Shown: positions 62,516 to 64,000 of the stretch, in pieces
Layout of the letters: each line of letters begins with the position of its first letter
Position numbering within the stretch: position 1 is the stretch's first letter
DNA from: Octopus bimaculoides
Taxonomy: Eukaryota
Length of the DNA: 64,000 nucleotides
Direction of reading: 5' to 3'
Assembly: GCF_001194135.2 (NCBI RefSeq)
Contig: NC_068984.1
Location: 98,314,535 to 98,378,534 of the forward strand
Translations under genes and position numbers: made by a program
Notes under the pieces: model-generated
Seen by the model: the letters and a program-made list of their open reading frames with translations, nothing else
Databases searched by the model: none
Told to the model about the DNA's origin: nothing

Positions 62516-62892
62516 GGTGCAGGCATAGCTGTGTGGTCAGAAACTTGCTTCTCAACTGCATGCTCCCAGTTTCAGTTCCACTGTGTGGCACCTTGAACAA
62601 GTGTCTTCTACTATAGTCTCTGGCTGACCAAAGCCTTGAGAGTGGATTTTGTAGAGGGAAACTGAAAGAAGCCCATTGTATATGTGTGTGTTGGCGTCTG
62701 TGTCTGTTTGTCCTTTACCACCATTTGACAACTGCTGTCGGCTTGTTTACATCCTTGTAACTTAGTGCTTTGGCAAAAAGAGTCTGATAGAATAAGCAGA
62801 AAAAAGTACTGGGGTTGATTCATTCAACTAAAAGTTTCTCAAGGTGGTACCCCAGCATGGCAGCAGTCTAATAGTTGAAATACATAAAGAAC
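62516..62892 (+). mobile_element. SINE family B, full-length
   Basis: ggtgcaggcatagctgtgtggtcagaaacttgc..ccttgaacaagtgtcttctactatag..gatagaataag..ccagcatggc. Confidence 0.82.
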
Positions 62893-63677
62893 AGTACCAC
62901 TAACTATCAAAATGATTGATGTAGCATGGATGATACTTGTATTGACTACAGAGTAGTAATAATGAAAATTGATAGTAATAATAAACTTTTTTCTAATATC
63001 AATGCTAGCAATTCTCTACCTGCCTCTAGGAATTTTTCCATGATAAAAATTTATCTAAAGAAAGAATGTGAAAGAATCTGGTCTACTTAATGGTCATAGC
63101 AAATCTAATAATGTAGATATTTTAATGTACTGTTAAACCCATAATTCTTCTAAATTCTATATTGGTTCCACTTCTAACTTCAAACAAAGATATTATGCAC
63201 ATTGCCATCGATTTTCTAAAGAACTCTACTTCTCTTGCTGAACATAACTTCAGTTTAAAAGCCCAAAACATTCCCTATGACTTGGAATCTATCATCATTT
63301 GAATTCATTTCTTTTCCATAAATATATTAAATGTGAAGAGAAAAATAAAAAATTATCTTCATCTCTTTCATAAGCCAGCTCAGTAACTGCTTAAAACTAC
63401 AATATTAATTACCATAATTCTTTTATTCTTTTACTTGTTTCTGTCATTAGGCTGCGGCCATGCTGGGGCACTGCCTTGTAGAATTTTAATTGAATGAATT
63501 GACTCCAGTACTTTTTTCTTTTTGTTATTTCTTAAGCTTAGTACTTATTCTAACAGATCTTATGCTGAGCTGCTAAGTAATGGGAACATAAACACACCAA
63601 CACTGGTTGTCAAGCAGTAAGGGGAGACAAACACAGACACAGACAGACAGACACATACACACATGTGTATATATATC

Positions 63678-64000
63678 ATCATCATCATCATCATCATTGT
63701 TTAACGTCCGCTTTCCATACTAGCATGGGTTGGACGATTTGACTGAGGACTGGTGAAACCAGAGGGCAACACCAGGCTCCAATCTGATTTGGCAGAGTTT
63801 CTACAGCTGGATGCCCTTCCTAACGCCAACCACTCAGAGAGTGTAGTGGGTGCTTTTACGTGTCACCCGCACGAAAACGGCCACGCTCGAAATGGTGTCT
63901 TTTATGTGCCACCCGCACAAGAGCCAGTCCAGGGGCACTGGCAACGATCTAGCTCGAAAACCCTACAAGGCCAGTCAGGCGGTACTGGCAACGGTCACGC
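63678..64000 (-). mobile_element. Young RTE LINE 3' UTR (runs off the window end)
   Basis: Tail (cat)n then a 3' UTR nearly identical to 38284-38600. Confidence 0.9.

Overview
Eukaryotic, AT-rich, repeat-dense genomic DNA. The repeat families and microsatellite load point to a coleoid cephalopod (Octopus-like); this is an inference and the species cannot be read from the sequence. Bases 42-45783 carry 18 coding exons of ELP2 (Elongator complex subunit 2, WD40 protein) on the minus strand. I traced all 18 by hand: every junction is GT-AG and phase-consistent, giving 2246 nt (748 codons plus 2 nt). The 3' end of the gene lies beyond base 1. The introns and the ~18 kb upstream are filled with mobile elements: many RTE-clade LINE copies with a VNTR-bearing 3' UTR and (GAT)n tail, HERO-like and Jockey/I-like RT remnants, a non-autonomous Helitron with a Pif1-helicase remnant, several mariner copies, a rosa (DD41D)-type element, small MITEs and two tRNA-type SINE families. 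There are three assembly gaps. I found no CRISPR array, rRNA gene or supportable tRNA gene, and no demonstrably novel protein system. The best leads are structural: inverted LINE pairs that bracket frame-symmetric ELP2 exon blocks (candidate circRNA, exon skipping or ADAR substrates), a LINE-derived 62-bp minisatellite, and a 114-bp perfect-hairpin MITE in intron 1.
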